In this document: positions 39,340-51,938 of the stretch, piece by piece
Layout of the letters: each line of letters starts with the position of its first letter
Position numbering within the stretch: the first letter of the stretch is position 1
From: Vicugna vicugna
Taxonomy: Eukaryota
Direction of reading: 5' to 3'
Assembly (NCBI GenBank): GCA_013265495.1
Contig: MU058226.1
Span: forward strand, 768,741 to 832,740
DNA: 64,000 bases
The notes under the pieces: generated by a model
What the model was told of the DNA's origin: nothing
Databases searched by the model: none
What the model saw: the letters and a program-made list of their open reading frames with translations, nothing else
Position numbers and translations under genes: made by a program

Positions 39340-39665
39340 CTCCAGGAGGCGGGAGCCGGCGGGGAGCCCGGCCGGAAGTCAGTTTCCTGGGTGGGAGAAC
39401 CCTGGCCCAAAGCCAGACGGCTGACGTCACCCGATCCAGATGGCGGAAGCCGTTGCCCAATCGGAGGAAATCGACGCCAGCACCACATTTCTCGGTGACT
39501 TTCTTCCTCGGTTCAGAAAAGCATTTTCCTCGACAGGAGGCAGCTGAGTCGGAGTGGAAATTGCCCTGACCTTTGAACCACACGGCGTGTTGACCGTGAA
39601 GCAGGCCGTGACTGACAAATGAATGTGAGACCTGACACCGGCCTCCCCGAGTCATAAGACGGCAA
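39340..39665. promoter_or_regulatory. Small CpG-rich promoter-like element
   Basis: Clearest CpG cluster in the window; GC boxes 39345-39364, CCGGAAGT 39372-39379, TGACGTCA 39422-39429, CCAGATGGCGG 39436-39446, CCAAT 39457-39461. Confidence 0.7.
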
Positions 39666-40016
39666 GTCTGGGTCTTTGCCACCTACATTCTAACCTCTGA
39701 CAAATCAGTTCAGTCGGTTTTCTTAGCCATGAGTAACAATAATACCTACCTCATAGAAGCTACTGTTGCATGGCTAGAATGAGGTCATCCATGTGAAAGA
39801 TTTCATAAACTTCAAGCAGGAGTACAACATTCTGCCTGTTGTGAGAGCCTTCCTGAGGGTGGTGGACCCCAAGGAGGCAGGATGGAGCGTGGTTACAGGC
39901 TGATCCCGGAGCCAGGCAGCCTGCACCAGAATGTGCAGCTGGGACATGAAACAGCCTCTGGGTGCCCAGTTATCTTGAGGTCAAAATGGAGGACGATAAG
40001 AATATCACCCTGCAAA

Positions 40017-40176
40017 GGGAGGGGCAGGGGATATAGTTCAGTGGTAAAGCACATGCTCATCATGCAGGAGGTCCTGGGTTCAATCCCCAGTACCTCTGTT
40101 AAAAACAATGAAAATAAAATAAACATAATTACTTCCCCTCCAGAACAAACCAACAACAAAAAAAATTTTTTAAAGA
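40017..40176 (+). mobile_element. Camelid SINE (vic-1 type), long form
   Basis: Family consensus; TSD-like aagaatatcaccct/aagaataccgccct. Confidence 0.9.
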
Positions 40177-40407
40177 AAGAATACCGCCCTCATCACAGTG
40201 TTATCAGGAGGGTGAGGTAGTTACTCCACTCAGACTACACAGAACACTGCCCGTCTTGTGGCAGCACTCACCGAGGCTTAGCTAGGATGATGGTTCCCGA
40301 GTCCATCATGTGCACTTGCAGGCCCTGGCCTGGGCGTTCAACCCGATTCCCAAGAGATCTCATAAGAAGTTTCTTTCCTGACCCGCAGTCCACACAGCAG
40401 GCAGAGC

Positions 40408-41035
40408 TGAGACAGGAAGGGGGCAGGGCACAGCCATTCTAGGAACAACACAACAATTAACATCAGGATGGCTGAGGAGTCAATCCCCAATAGGCCTTGA
40501 GGCTCAAGATGGTGGGAGACTTGACTTCTAGCAGACCTTGAGCTTCATTATACGCCCATTGTAATATATTAACATGGTGAATAGCATGCCCACAGGCGCC
40601 ATGGGAGTCCCAAGGCTAGCCACAAAAGATCAAAGAGTGGGAAGTGGCCAACTTCCTGTCCCAGCCCCTTCCCCAGACTACTTAGACTGGTCCTTCCACT
40701 TATTAGCATATGAAGCCGCTGAGTTCATAAAAACTGGCAACATGGTGACTTGTGGCTGCCCCCTCTCTCTCCCTCTTCGGAGTTGGCCCACACTCCGTCT
40801 CCGGAGTGTGTACCTACTTTTACTCTCATCTGAGCACCTAACATCCACACCTTGTGGCCTTTCTCTTGCCTTCTGATGTATCTCTAAATAAATGTACCTT
40901 TACTACCGTGGCTCGCTCTTGAACTCTTTCCTCTGTGAAGCCAAGGACCCACACTTGGCGGGGCACGTTCCAGGGGCTCAACTGAAGCCTGGGACACAGC
41001 CCTCCTCACACCCCACAAACATTTTTCCTGCATCA
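40408..41035 (+). mobile_element. ERV1-type solo LTR
   Basis: TGAGACAGG..CCTGCATCA ends, AATAAA near 40887, TSD gagc/gaac; homologous to 49580-50165. Confidence 0.9.
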
Positions 41036-41039
41036 GAAC

Positions 41040-41540
41040 TATTTAACTAAAGTCTGAACATGTCACTTCTCTGCTGAACCACTCAAATCTGCCCCAGCCC
41101 CACACCCAACCCTACCAGTGAAAAACATTAAGCACCTGTGATAGGCCCTTGAGCCCCTCTCCGCGTCTCCTGATGCCCACTGCCTCTCAGCAAGGGTCCA
41201 GCAACCCCAGCTGCCTGTAGATTCTCACCTCCACCACCTGGTTCCTGTTGCCCCTCTGCCCAGCATGCCCTCCCCAACCTTGCCTTGCAAACTCCCAGTC
41301 CTTCCAAACCCTTAGACGCAAGTCTTTCAGAAAGTCCCTTCTGACTCTTCTAAGCAAGGCCTGGATCCCCTTCTCCCATATTCCCCGTGGGCACCTCCAT
41401 CATTGCATGGGCCAAATTGTATCCTAACTAATTCAGGTGACTGTTTCACAGCAAGACTGGGTCTTGTTCATCTCAAGCAAACTCAGCATGCGCACAGGGC
41501 CAGGCACACAGCGGGGGCTCTGTAAACTTTGGGTGGAAAG
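41040..41540 (+). mobile_element. L2 3' fragment
   Basis: catgtcacttctctgct, ctgttgcccctctgcccagcatgccctcccc, cacagggccaggcacacag. Confidence 0.65.
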
Positions 41541-42232
41541 TCTGATAAGTAGATGACCAGGAACAAATTGAGCCCAAGCTTGTTTGTTCAGCTACCATAA
41601 CAGATGATTGTGTTTGCCTGGAGTTGGGATGAACATCTCAAAACAGATACAGTTTCCATTTGCCTCAGCTGTTGTTAGAATCACCCTGTCTGTCTCCCGC
41701 ATCCTCTGTATCTCTCTTTTCCCTGTTCTTATACTTTGTCTCTCCACCCTCAGCACTTTGTTTCTCTTTCTTGCTCTGTATCATATTTCTATACCCTTTG
41801 TTGCTTTGTAGCCTTTTCTCTTCATCTTCCTTTTGTGGTTGAGTGGTCCTCTGTTTTCTTGCCTCTTTTTAAGGGTTCTGGGCCGGTAAGAGTATACCTA
41901 GTTTCATGACTCCTCAGAAAGAAGGAGATTTTGAAAAGAAGGAAATCAAGCTTTATTACGTGTCCAGAATTTACATACATTTTATTTCATGTAATCTTGG
42001 TAATAAGTTTGTAATGTGATATATCATCCCAGCAAGCTAGTTTATGCTTCTGTAACAGACAACCTCTTGCTAATGGTGGGTTGGCTGAGGCTCTGCTCTG
42101 AGCCATCATTGTCCTAACCTCAGGGCCCAGGTTGACAGAGCAGCCACATCTAGAACATCACCACTTGCTATAGTGGAAGGAGGAGAGAATGTGGGAAAAG
42201 CACAATACACACTGGCTTTTAAAACTTCCATG

Positions 42233-42357
42233 GAAGAGGGGAGGGTATAGGTTAGTGGCAGAGTGCATGCCTAGCATTCATGAGGTCCTGGGTTCAATTT
42301 CCAGTGCTTTTGTTAAATAAATAAACCTAACTTCCTCCCCCCATTAAAAAAAAAATT
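42233..42357 (+). mobile_element. Camelid SINE (vic-1 type) inside an old MLT1 LTR (~42030-42480)
   Basis: Family consensus; TSD aaaacttccatg. Confidence 0.9.
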
Positions 42358-42889
42358 AAAACTTCCATGTAGAAGGGACACATTTTAATTGGCCGAAGTA
42401 AGTCACATAGTCATGCCTTGGTTAGTTGGTAGAGTTACCCGGGGTAGCAAAGTAGAGTCTTCCTAGGTACCTGGAAGGAGAGAGAAACTCAAATATTGGT
42501 GAACAAGCCTTATAAACCATGGTGGATATTACTGTTTCCACATTACAGATGAGGTGGCTGAGGCACAAGGTTATGTAGTTTAAGGACATACAGGAAATGT
42601 CGAGAGAGTGGGGCTGAATGCATGCCTTTTGATTCCTGGAACTGTGCCCTTGCCAATTCAGTGGATTTGGGGTGTCTAGGCCTTCTCTATCACTTTTACC
42701 AAGTATTTCGACTCTGCTCTGAGGCTTGGCTTGCTGGCCTGCTGGAGGCAAGATAAGAAGCCTAGCTTTGCTCACCACCTTCTCCATCACATCTGGTGAG
42801 TGGCATCAGAACTTCTAAGGGGGAGTTTGGGAGACTTCTAATTCCTAGGACAAAACTAGGTAGGTCACAAAACTTAGAGTACAATCATT

Positions 42890-44205
42890 AAAAACCTTCT
42901 AGGCAAAATTAATCTATGGTGCTACAAGCCAAAATAGCAGTTCTTTCAGAATAGGGCAAGAAAGGAGTTTTGCATATTGACCAGATAAGGGATCAAGGGA
43001 AACTTCTGTGGTGATACTATCTTGATCTGGATGGTGGTTAAGTGGGTGAATACAAATGTAAAAATTTATCAAGCTGTATGCTGAAGATTGGTACAGTTTG
43101 CTATATGTCATTTATATCTCAATAAAAATGAATAATAAAAAGAACTATTCATTATCAGAATAAAAATATTTACTGTGCCAAAGAGGCTGTTAAGAGAATG
43201 CTAAGACAAGGTACCGAGTGGGAGAAAATATTTGCAAGTCACATATTCAACAAAGGACATGTATCCAGACTATATAAAGAACTCTCAAAACTCAACAGCA
43301 AGAAAACAGACAACCCAATTTAGAAAGTAGGCAGTAGACTTGAATAGACACTTTACCAAAGAGAATAAAAAGAAAGTCCATAAGCACCTAAAAAGTTGTT
43401 CAACATTATTGTCCATTAGGAAAATGCAAATTAAAGCCAAGATGAATTACCACTACAGATCTGTTAGAATAGCAAAGATTTAAAAATATTAAGAGTTGGG
43501 AAGGGTACAGCTCAGTGGCAGAGCACATGCTTAGCATGCATGAGGTCCTGGGTTCAACCGCCAGTACCTCCATTAAAAATAAACAAACATAATTACCTCC
43601 TCCTCCCCCCAAATTAAAAAATAATAATTTTTTTTTTTAAATATTGAGAGTGCTGCCAAGTGTGGGTGAGCAACAGGAACTCTCGTTCATTACTGATGGA
43701 ATGTGAAATCACACTCTGGAACGTAGTTTGGTAATTTCTTATAAAGTTAATACACTTATCATACAAGTCAATAATCCCCCAGGTGTTTACCTGTGAGAAA
43801 TAAAAATGTGTTCATACAAAAATCTTTACACTAAGTGCTCATAGCAGCTTCATTTATAATCACCAAAAACTGGGTTAAAACGGATAAATGCATAACTTGT
43901 CTTCTCCATACCATGGTGTATACTGTCCAGAAACAAAAAGAAACAAATTACTCATACAGGCAACAACTTGAATGAATCGCAAAGGCATGATGCTGAGTGA
44001 AAAAATCTGGTCTCAAAAAGGTTACATGCTATATGATTCCATCTATGTGACATTTTTAAAATACAAGGCTGTCGTGACAGAAAATAGATCAGAATAGAAA
44101 GTGGTTTGAGGGGGTGGCGGGAGGGAAGATGTGACTACAGAGGGATAGCTTAAGGGAGTTTTGGGAGACAGTAAAACTGGTCTATATTTTGATTGTGGTG
44201 ATGAT
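42890..44205 (+). mobile_element. Old L1 fragments (L1MC/ME-like)
   Basis: gggagaaaatatttgcaagtcacatat, aaagaactctcaaaactcaaca, atgattccatctat motifs. Confidence 0.85.
43497..43637 (+). mobile_element. Camelid SINE (vic-1 type), long form
   Basis: Family consensus; TSD aaatatt(a/g)agagt. Confidence 0.92.
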
Positions 44206-46902
44206 TGAATGCCAAACCAGGGGGCCAAGGAGGCCTGTCTGCTTTGTTCACTCCTTCCGACATCCTCGGTGCTGGAACTTAGGTACGAGGTGCGTGCTCA
44301 CGGACACGCTGAAGGAATGTTCTGGCTCCAGCACTGATTCATCTTGGCACCCTTCACAGGCCAGGCTATATTTAGCTTCCTCTCCAGCTGCCGACTGGAC
44401 ACACCACAGTTGGAAGGCATCACCAGGCCCCCTTCACGGCCCAGGCCTGGGTCACAAGAGCATCCTCCTGGAAAGCAGAGTCTCCAGCTGTGCCGTAGTT
44501 GGAAATTTGTAGCTATTAGCAATCTGATGTGTTTATTGTTGCTGTCATTTTAATTTTTGCAGTACATTTTTATTAGAAAAATAACATCTGTTCAATACTT
44601 TTTTTTAATTGTCTTAAAAAAAATAGTAGACTCAGTTTTAATTTCCGGAAGCCATAACTGTTACTAGCTCTTTCTCTGTCTGTCTAGAGATATTTATGAG
44701 TAGTAAGCATGTATGTTCACATATATGTAACAGATACGGACAAATTGGTCCACAGCTCTTGGGGCACAAGTAATATCCTATTTCATTTTCTCTTTTCATT
44801 TGTTTTTTTCCCCCTTAGAGGCACTTGGAAAGTTCATCTGTCCTATTTCTTTACAGACTCACTCATATCAAATCTGGCTTCAGCCCTGCCCACTACTGAC
44901 TGGAATTTTAGTGTCTGACAGTTTCCAGACACCCTCCCTTGGGTCAGACAAGGAAGCCGAGGCTTCTGCAGTCCTGAGGAAACAAACAAGAGTCTGCTCC
45001 TCTGACCACGTGGTCAGCATTCCTTGCTCCTCACCCAGGCCTGTGGGCTCCATCGGAAGCCGACCACTTGGCCGAGCTGGGCAGTTCCTAATCACCCAGG
45101 CATGGCCTCAGCAAAGCCAGAAGGATGAAAAAATCCCAACTTTGTAAATAATTTGATATTTAAGGAAAAGAAGAAAGAGGTGGAGAAGGAGATGGAGAGA
45201 GAGGAGAGCATCAACGCACTCAGGTGCCTAGGGGAAAAAAAAATCACAAATCTATATAGTACATCTTTAAAGCTGTTGTTGGTTTCACGTGGTTCTTTTA
45301 CTTTTAACTATATTGGGATTGGGGCTGGGGGGCACCATGGTATTTACTGTGTTTCCCCACAATCTTGATCTGGCCTTGCCTTGGGGCTGGGAGGCAGTTG
45401 TTGAATGCTCTGTGCAGAGCCCACAGCCCACAGCCCAGTTCTCAGGGACCCTGGCGACCAGTCCCACCTGAGAGGCTGCTCATGAAAAGGCCGAGCTCTC
45501 CACACGCCCTGAGAGTCCCCTTTCTTCTCTCTGAGTCCCCAGAGGCACAAGAGTAAACCAAGGAGTAGGCTACTGCCTTCACACCCTTCCCTCTCAGACC
45601 AGACATCCAGCATCTTCCAAAACCAAGTGGTGGCACTTTCCTTTAAAGCCCCACCCAGCCTGCATCTTCCCTTTCCTTCTAAAGCATCCAAAAAAGCCAA
45701 ACCCCTCAAAGGGTCAGGAAACCCCAAACTTGAAGGACACAAAGTCCTAACTATGCAGAAGAGGGAGAGAATTCCTTTCTTCCTTGTTCATTCTCAATAT
45801 ATTGTTGCTACAATAAATTCGTAATAAATGGTCCCTACTAGATAAGATATTCATTTAAATTTGCTCATTTCTTCAAATATGATGCCTGTCAGGAAAGTTA
45901 TTATGGGAAGATTGATCAATAATCATTTCTGAAATGTTTCTTCTATGAAGAAACTCATCCTGGTTATAATGTGGGAGCTTTAAAGAATCTCAGGATCCTT
46001 CTGAGAAATTTTAGTACAATTTAGAAAACAAAATGTGTATACTATCTGAGAAGCTCTTTGAGGACAGCACAGGCCAAAGGATACTTCAGGAGCACCTACT
46101 AATAAAAGCTAACATTTGCTGATAGCCTACTAGGTGCCAGGCGCTAAACTAGCCCTGGGGATACTGCCCAACCAACCAGAGATGCTTCCTGCCCTACGGA
46201 GCTCAGAAGGACAGACATGAAACATACAGCAGTGAGGTGGGAGTACAGATTGCCACAGGAATTCAGAACCAGAGGACCAAACACAGGATGGGGCATCAGG
46301 GAAAGCCTCCCTTAGAGACTGATGCTTAAACTGAGACTTGCAAGTGACAAACAAAATAGAAAGACATCGGAGCTTGGAGAGGGGAAGCTGAGTTTATTGC
46401 TTAATAGGCAAGGGAGAGCCATGGTCCTCAAGAAATGAGTCCAGTGGGTCTTCCCAAACAGAAACTGAAAGGCCTTAATATAGATTCAAAAAGAGGAAAC
46501 TCACCAATAAAGCAGGAATTGAGTTCTGGTCTCTGGCTCCCAAGGGGTTGGCCACACAATGTTGTGATTGGCCATCTTCAGTTCTCAGTTCTCAAAAGAG
46601 CAGGCAGTTCTCAAAGAGGTCCCAGACAAGTCCTGTGATGTCTTGGTGGACTCAGATCAAAAGGAGGCAAACCCTTTTCTTCTTGCTCCAAGGCTGGATA
46701 GATTTCTTTTTTCTTGTAAAGACCAAATAAGAATGAGACAGGCAGAGGAAAAAGGAAGGTAATAGAGGGATTAGGTCTGCAAGAGATCTGGACAAGATTG
46801 AGCAACCAAGAGAAATTCAAGATACAGAAGCAAGGAGGCTGAGAGGAGAGTGGGTCCTTAGAAGAGGCTGGTGAAGTCGGCTAATTAAGAACAGCCTGGT
46901 AG

Positions 46903-47017
46903 CGGGGGTGGGTATAGCTCAGTGGTAGATGCTAAGCATGCGCAAGGTCCTGGGTTCAATCCCTAGTACCTCCATTAAAAAAATAATAATAAAAATAATT
47001 TTAAAAGAAAGAAAGAA
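46903..47017 (+). mobile_element. Camelid SINE (vic-1 type), short form with a small deletion
   Basis: Family consensus; TSD agaacagcctggtag/agaaaggcctggtag. Confidence 0.9.
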
Positions 47018-47039
47018 AAGAAAGGCCTGGTAGGCTATA

Positions 47040-47436
47040 TGCTATGAACTGAATTGTGTCTCTCCAAAATTCGTATATTGAAGCTCTAAACCCCAAAGGG
47101 ACTATACTTGGAGATAGGGTCTGTAGGAGGTAATTAAGGTTAAATGAAGTCCTAATGGTGGGCCTTAATCTGATAGAATGGGTGCCCTTATAAAAGATGC
47201 AAGAGAGCTCTCTCTGCCCATGTGTGCATAGAGAAAAGACCATATGAGCACACAGAGAGTCAGCAGCCACCTACAAGTCAAGAGAAGATGCCTCAGAATT
47301 AAACCCACCCTGCTGGCATCTTGACTTTGGCTTCCAGCCTCCAGACTCCAGAACTGTGAGAAATAAGTTTCTGTCATTTAAGCCACTCATTCTGATTCTG
47401 TGGTATGCTGTTTTGTAGCCCAAGCAGATTAATACA
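47040..47436 (+). mobile_element. MLT1A-type MaLR solo LTR
   Basis: tgctatgaactgaattgtgtc..ccagaactgtgagaaataa..gcagattaataca. Confidence 0.9.
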
Positions 47437-48835
47437 CCATGTTAAGAATTTTGAACTCAACATCAAGAAAAGAAAAAAGTTTTTAAATGGGCAGAGGACC
47501 TGAATAGACATTTTTTTCCAAAGAAGACATACAGATGGCCAAGAGGCACATGAAAGGATGCTCAACATCACTAACCAGGGAAATGCAAATCAAACCACAC
47601 TTACCTCACACCTGTCAGAATGGCTATTATCAAAATGACAGCCAATAACAACTGTTGGCAAGAGTGTGGAGAAAACAGAACCTTGTGCACTGTTGGTGGG
47701 AATGTACATTGATGCAGCCACTGTGGAAAATGGTATGGAGATTCCTCAGAAAGTTGAAAGTAGAGCTACCATCTGATCCAGTATTCCACTTCTGGGTATG
47801 TATCCAAAGAAAACAAAAGCACTAATTTGAAAAGATATATGCACCCTCTGTGTTCATTGCAGCATTGTTTACTTGCCAAGATATGGAAGTAACCTATGTG
47901 GCCATCAATAGATGAATCAATGAAGATGTGGTGTATACCTGCGATGGAATATTATTTGGCCATAAAAAGGAATAAAATCTTGCCATTTGCAACAATATGG
48001 ATGAACCTAGAGGATATTATGCTCAGTGAAATGAATCAGACAGAGACAGACAAATGCTGTATAATTTCACTTATATGTGGAATCTGAAAAACAAAACAAA
48101 TGAATAAACATAACCAAACAGAAACAGAGTAATAGACACAGAGAACAAACAGGTGGTTTCCAGGGTGGGGACAGCGGGGTTGGAGGACAACAGAAGTAGG
48201 TGAGGGAGATTGAGGTACACAATGTACAAACTTTCAGCTACAAAATATATGTCACAGGTATAAATGTACCATGTGGGGAATATAGTTAATAATTATATAA
48301 TATCTTTGTATGGTGACAGATGACAACTAGAATTCTCATGGTGATTGTTTCAAAATATAGAGAAATATCAAATCACTATGCTGGACACCAGGAACTAACA
48401 CAGTGCCGTAGGTCAATTACACTTTGAAAATAAACAAACAGACTTATAGAAAAACAGATCAGATTTGCAGTTACCAGAGGTGGTGAGGTGGGAGGGGGGG
48501 AAATCAGACGAAGGTAGTCAAAAAGTAAACTTCCACTTAAAAGATAAATAAATACTAGGGATGTAGTGCACAGCGTGAGAAACATAATTAACACTATTGC
48601 ATATTATATATTGAAAGCTGTTAGAGAGTAAATCCTAAGAGATCTTGTCACAAGGGAAAGCTTTTTTTCCTCAATTTCTTTAATGTGGTATCTATATCAG
48701 ATGCTGGATATTCACTAAACCTACTATTGTAATCATTCCATGTTGTCTGTAAGTCAAATCATTGTGCTACACACCTTAAACTTGTACGGTGTGTACGTCA
48801 ATTATATCTCAATAAAACTGGAAGAAAAAAATAAA
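47437..48835 (+). mobile_element. L1 (L1MA9-like) ORF2 end and 3'UTR
   Basis: ccaaagaagacatacagatggcc..MEYYLAIKRNKILPFATIWMNLEDIMLSE..attatatctcaataaaactggaa. Confidence 0.92.
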
Positions 48836-49579
48836 AAGACTTTTGAGCATCTTCCTAAAAGTTGGTGCGAAGCCTCTGGGGCTTTAAGCTGGGAATAGAC
48901 ATGCTCACGCTCAGATCTGGGAAGGCTCACTGGTTGCAGTGTGGAGGAGGGATCTGAGCAGGGCAAGACAGGAAGAAGTGAGAGCAGGTCAGGGGTGGGT
49001 GTAGGCACCCAGGCTGGAGATGATGGAGGCTTGGAGCATGGTGACGTGGAGGTGAGGGCAAGCGAACAGACTGGAGAGACCTTCACAGGGTTAAATCAAT
49101 GAGACCTGGGGACTAACAGAATGGGGGAGCGGCAACTGCAGAGACCCCCTAAGGCTCAGTGGAAAGAGCTCTGGGCTGGGAGTCTCGAGATCAAGGTTCT
49201 AACCCCAGATCTGACACCAATCAACCCCCCAATGGCTTTGGCCAAGTCACTTTACTGTCCTTCACTGCTTTTGTTTCTTCATCTTGTGGGAATAGATGGG
49301 GCCCGTTGAGCTCATGGTCCCACTCAATTTCTACTATCTATGATTCTACAAAGTAAATGTGTTACAAGGACAAAATAAAACAATGGTGTCACCTCCCCCA
49401 AGGTTTAGGGACCCTTCCTCTATGTGTTACTTAATACCATTGATCATCATATACTTAAAAATATATTAGAATATTCCATTTACTGGTCTGTCTCCTTCAA
49501 AATGCTGAGGGCTCCTTGAGGGCAAGAACTGGGTATTCTGGTATGGAACCAGGTTAGGCATATGGTAACTGATTCATTG

Positions 49580-50165
49580 TGATGCAGGAAAAACAGATGT
49601 GGGGCATGAGGAGGGCCGTGTCCCAGGCTTGGGCTGAGCCCCTAGAGCATGCCCCGCCAAGTGTGGGTCCTTGGCTTCATGCAGGAAAGAGTTCAAGAGC
49701 GAGCCACCATTGAGTAAAGGTAGATTTATTTGGAGATACATCAAAAGGCAAGAGAAAGGCCACAAGGTGTGGGGCTTGGGTGCTCAGGTTAGAGCAAAAG
49801 TAGGTACACACTCAGGAGACAGAGTGCAGGCCATCTCCAAAGGGCTCAGTGGCTTCATATGCTAATAAGTGGAAGGACCAGTCTAACTAGCCTGGGGAAG
49901 GGGCTGGGATTCCCAGGAAGTTGGCCATTTCCCACTCTTTGACCTTCGACCTAGCTTTGGGACTGTCATGGAGCCTGTGGGCATGTTATTCACCATGTTA
50001 ATATATTACAATGGGCATAATATAATGAAGCTCAAGGTCTGCTAGAAGTCAAGTCTCCCACCATCTTGAGCCTCAAGGCCTACTGGGGGTTGAATCTTTC
50101 AGCATTCTGGTATTAATTGCTGTGTTATTCCTTGAATGGCTGTGCCCTGCCCCCTTCCTGTCTCA
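49580..50165 (-). mobile_element. ERV1-type solo LTR
   Basis: Reverse-complement homolog of 40408-41035 with an internal deletion; TSD attg/actg. Confidence 0.9.
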
Positions 50166-51849
50166 ACTGGATCTGTGAAATCAAAGTGTTGAGAGGACAG
50201 ACACATGGTTATTCAAGGGGGGCAACTTGGTGCCACGTGTTATGTGTTTTCTGTCTCCAGAAAACACAGGGTGGATCATGACCATCAGATGGTCATCTGA
50301 ATAAACAAGAAAGCCAGTCATGGACCTTACAACAAGTAGCCAAGACAGACGTTAAATACACAAGGACAAAAATGATGGTTTATTTCTAGTTGTGGTGAGG
50401 GCTTCAAGGAAAAGTACTGGGTACTGTGAATGTGTAATAGGGAGACCTAACTCGGGGGTAGAGGAAAGGTTTCTCTGAGAGAATGACATTTATGAGAACA
50501 AGGATGAGTTGATTGACTCATAGATCAAGGAAGAGAAGCGAGAAGGAAAGGGGGAGGGGGAGACAAGGAGAGACTTTTAAGTGGAAGGAATAAGCTTGCT
50601 TGAAGGCCAGAAGCAGGAAGGAATTCTGGTGAAGAGAAGACAGGAAGGAAACCCACCAGAATGGTAACATTAGCTAGATTGGGGTTGTGGAATTTTGGGT
50701 ACTTTTTATTTTCCTTTGTATGTATACATTTTGCATTTCACAGATTTTCCACAACAAACACACGTTATTTTCATCATCAGAGGAGGGTGGGGAACATTGT
50801 TAGTTTAAACAAAATAATAAAGGATATGGGGAGAATGTCACGGAGGAGGGGGCACATTCCAAAGGGACTGGTGACTTAAGCAGTGAGTAATCCCTACGTG
50901 GGGGGAGGGGGAGCAACAAGAGCACATCAATGGATGTGCTGGAACAAAGGAGCAAGGGTGACTCACAAATGATACAGTTGAAGCTGGTCCACCAAGGTCC
51001 ACGAAAGTAAGGCCGAGGAGTTGGAGGTGATATGAGAACTTGCAGGGAGCTACTTTCAAAGGGCGTATTAGCAGAGAGGATCAGGACAGGGAGAAACCAA
51101 GACAGAAGGACCCTAAGGGGTCCCTACAGGGCTGGTGTGGGAGAGTGAGGTCCTGGTGAAGCCAGGCCTACAACATGGGGTAGATTTGGTCCTTTGTTAC
51201 TTCCCAGGCATCGGGGCTAAGACTGCCCCATGCTTTCTACCTCCAGTTCGGAAGTGGAAACTGTGGTTTCTAAAGGTCCTTCCGGATCTGCAATCTCTGA
51301 GAAAGAAACTGCTGGCCTGAGGACATTTTTAAAGTGATAAAGTCAAAGATTGGTTTGAGAGGGGTGGGGGTGGCAGGGCACAGGCAGGATTTGGAAAATT
51401 GAGGCCTGATACAAGTTCTAACTAAGATCTGCTCCCACCCCCTCCTGATCTAGATAAGCACCCCTGCCACCCACACTGGATATTTGGCCAGCGTTTCCTT
51501 CAGAGGCTGTGAAGCATTTTGAGGGCTGGGATGTGTGCTGGAGAAGGGGTTGGAAATTGGCTCCCCTCTCCCCTCTGAGCTGGACCTACAGGAAATGCCT
51601 CAGCCACTTCCCTTCCAGGCTTTCACATATTCCCACGCAGTTACCTCAGATCAGCAACTGATCGCCTCACCTGAATTCTTCTTGGCATCTCCCATTCACC
51701 CCCTACTCCTGATATGGCTGCTGCCTGCTCAGAGATGAGCAAATTCGTCCTGGCCTTCTGCCCAGCACGGAAGCCGAACACAGCACGAGGGTCAGTACCC
51801 TAGCCCTTGCCTGATCTCATGACAAAAGAGATGCAAAATCATAGTATTA

Positions 51850-51938
51850 CTTTTTTTAAGTGGAGGTACTGGGGATTGAACCCAAGGCTTCGCGGATGCT
51901 AAGCACGCACTCTACCACTGAGCTACACCCACCCCCTC
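51850..51938 (-). mobile_element. Camelid SINE (vic-1 type), short form
   Basis: Family consensus; TSD-like aaaatcatagtatta/aaaatcgtatta. Confidence 0.92.

Noticed and set aside
46345..46720. Possible further LTR inside an L2 fragment
   Set aside because: No clear termini or TSD and family not recognised
51248..51272. ETS plus RUNX motif cluster (CGGAAGTGGAAACTGTGGTTT)
   Set aside because: Short motifs expected by chance; not supportable without chromatin data
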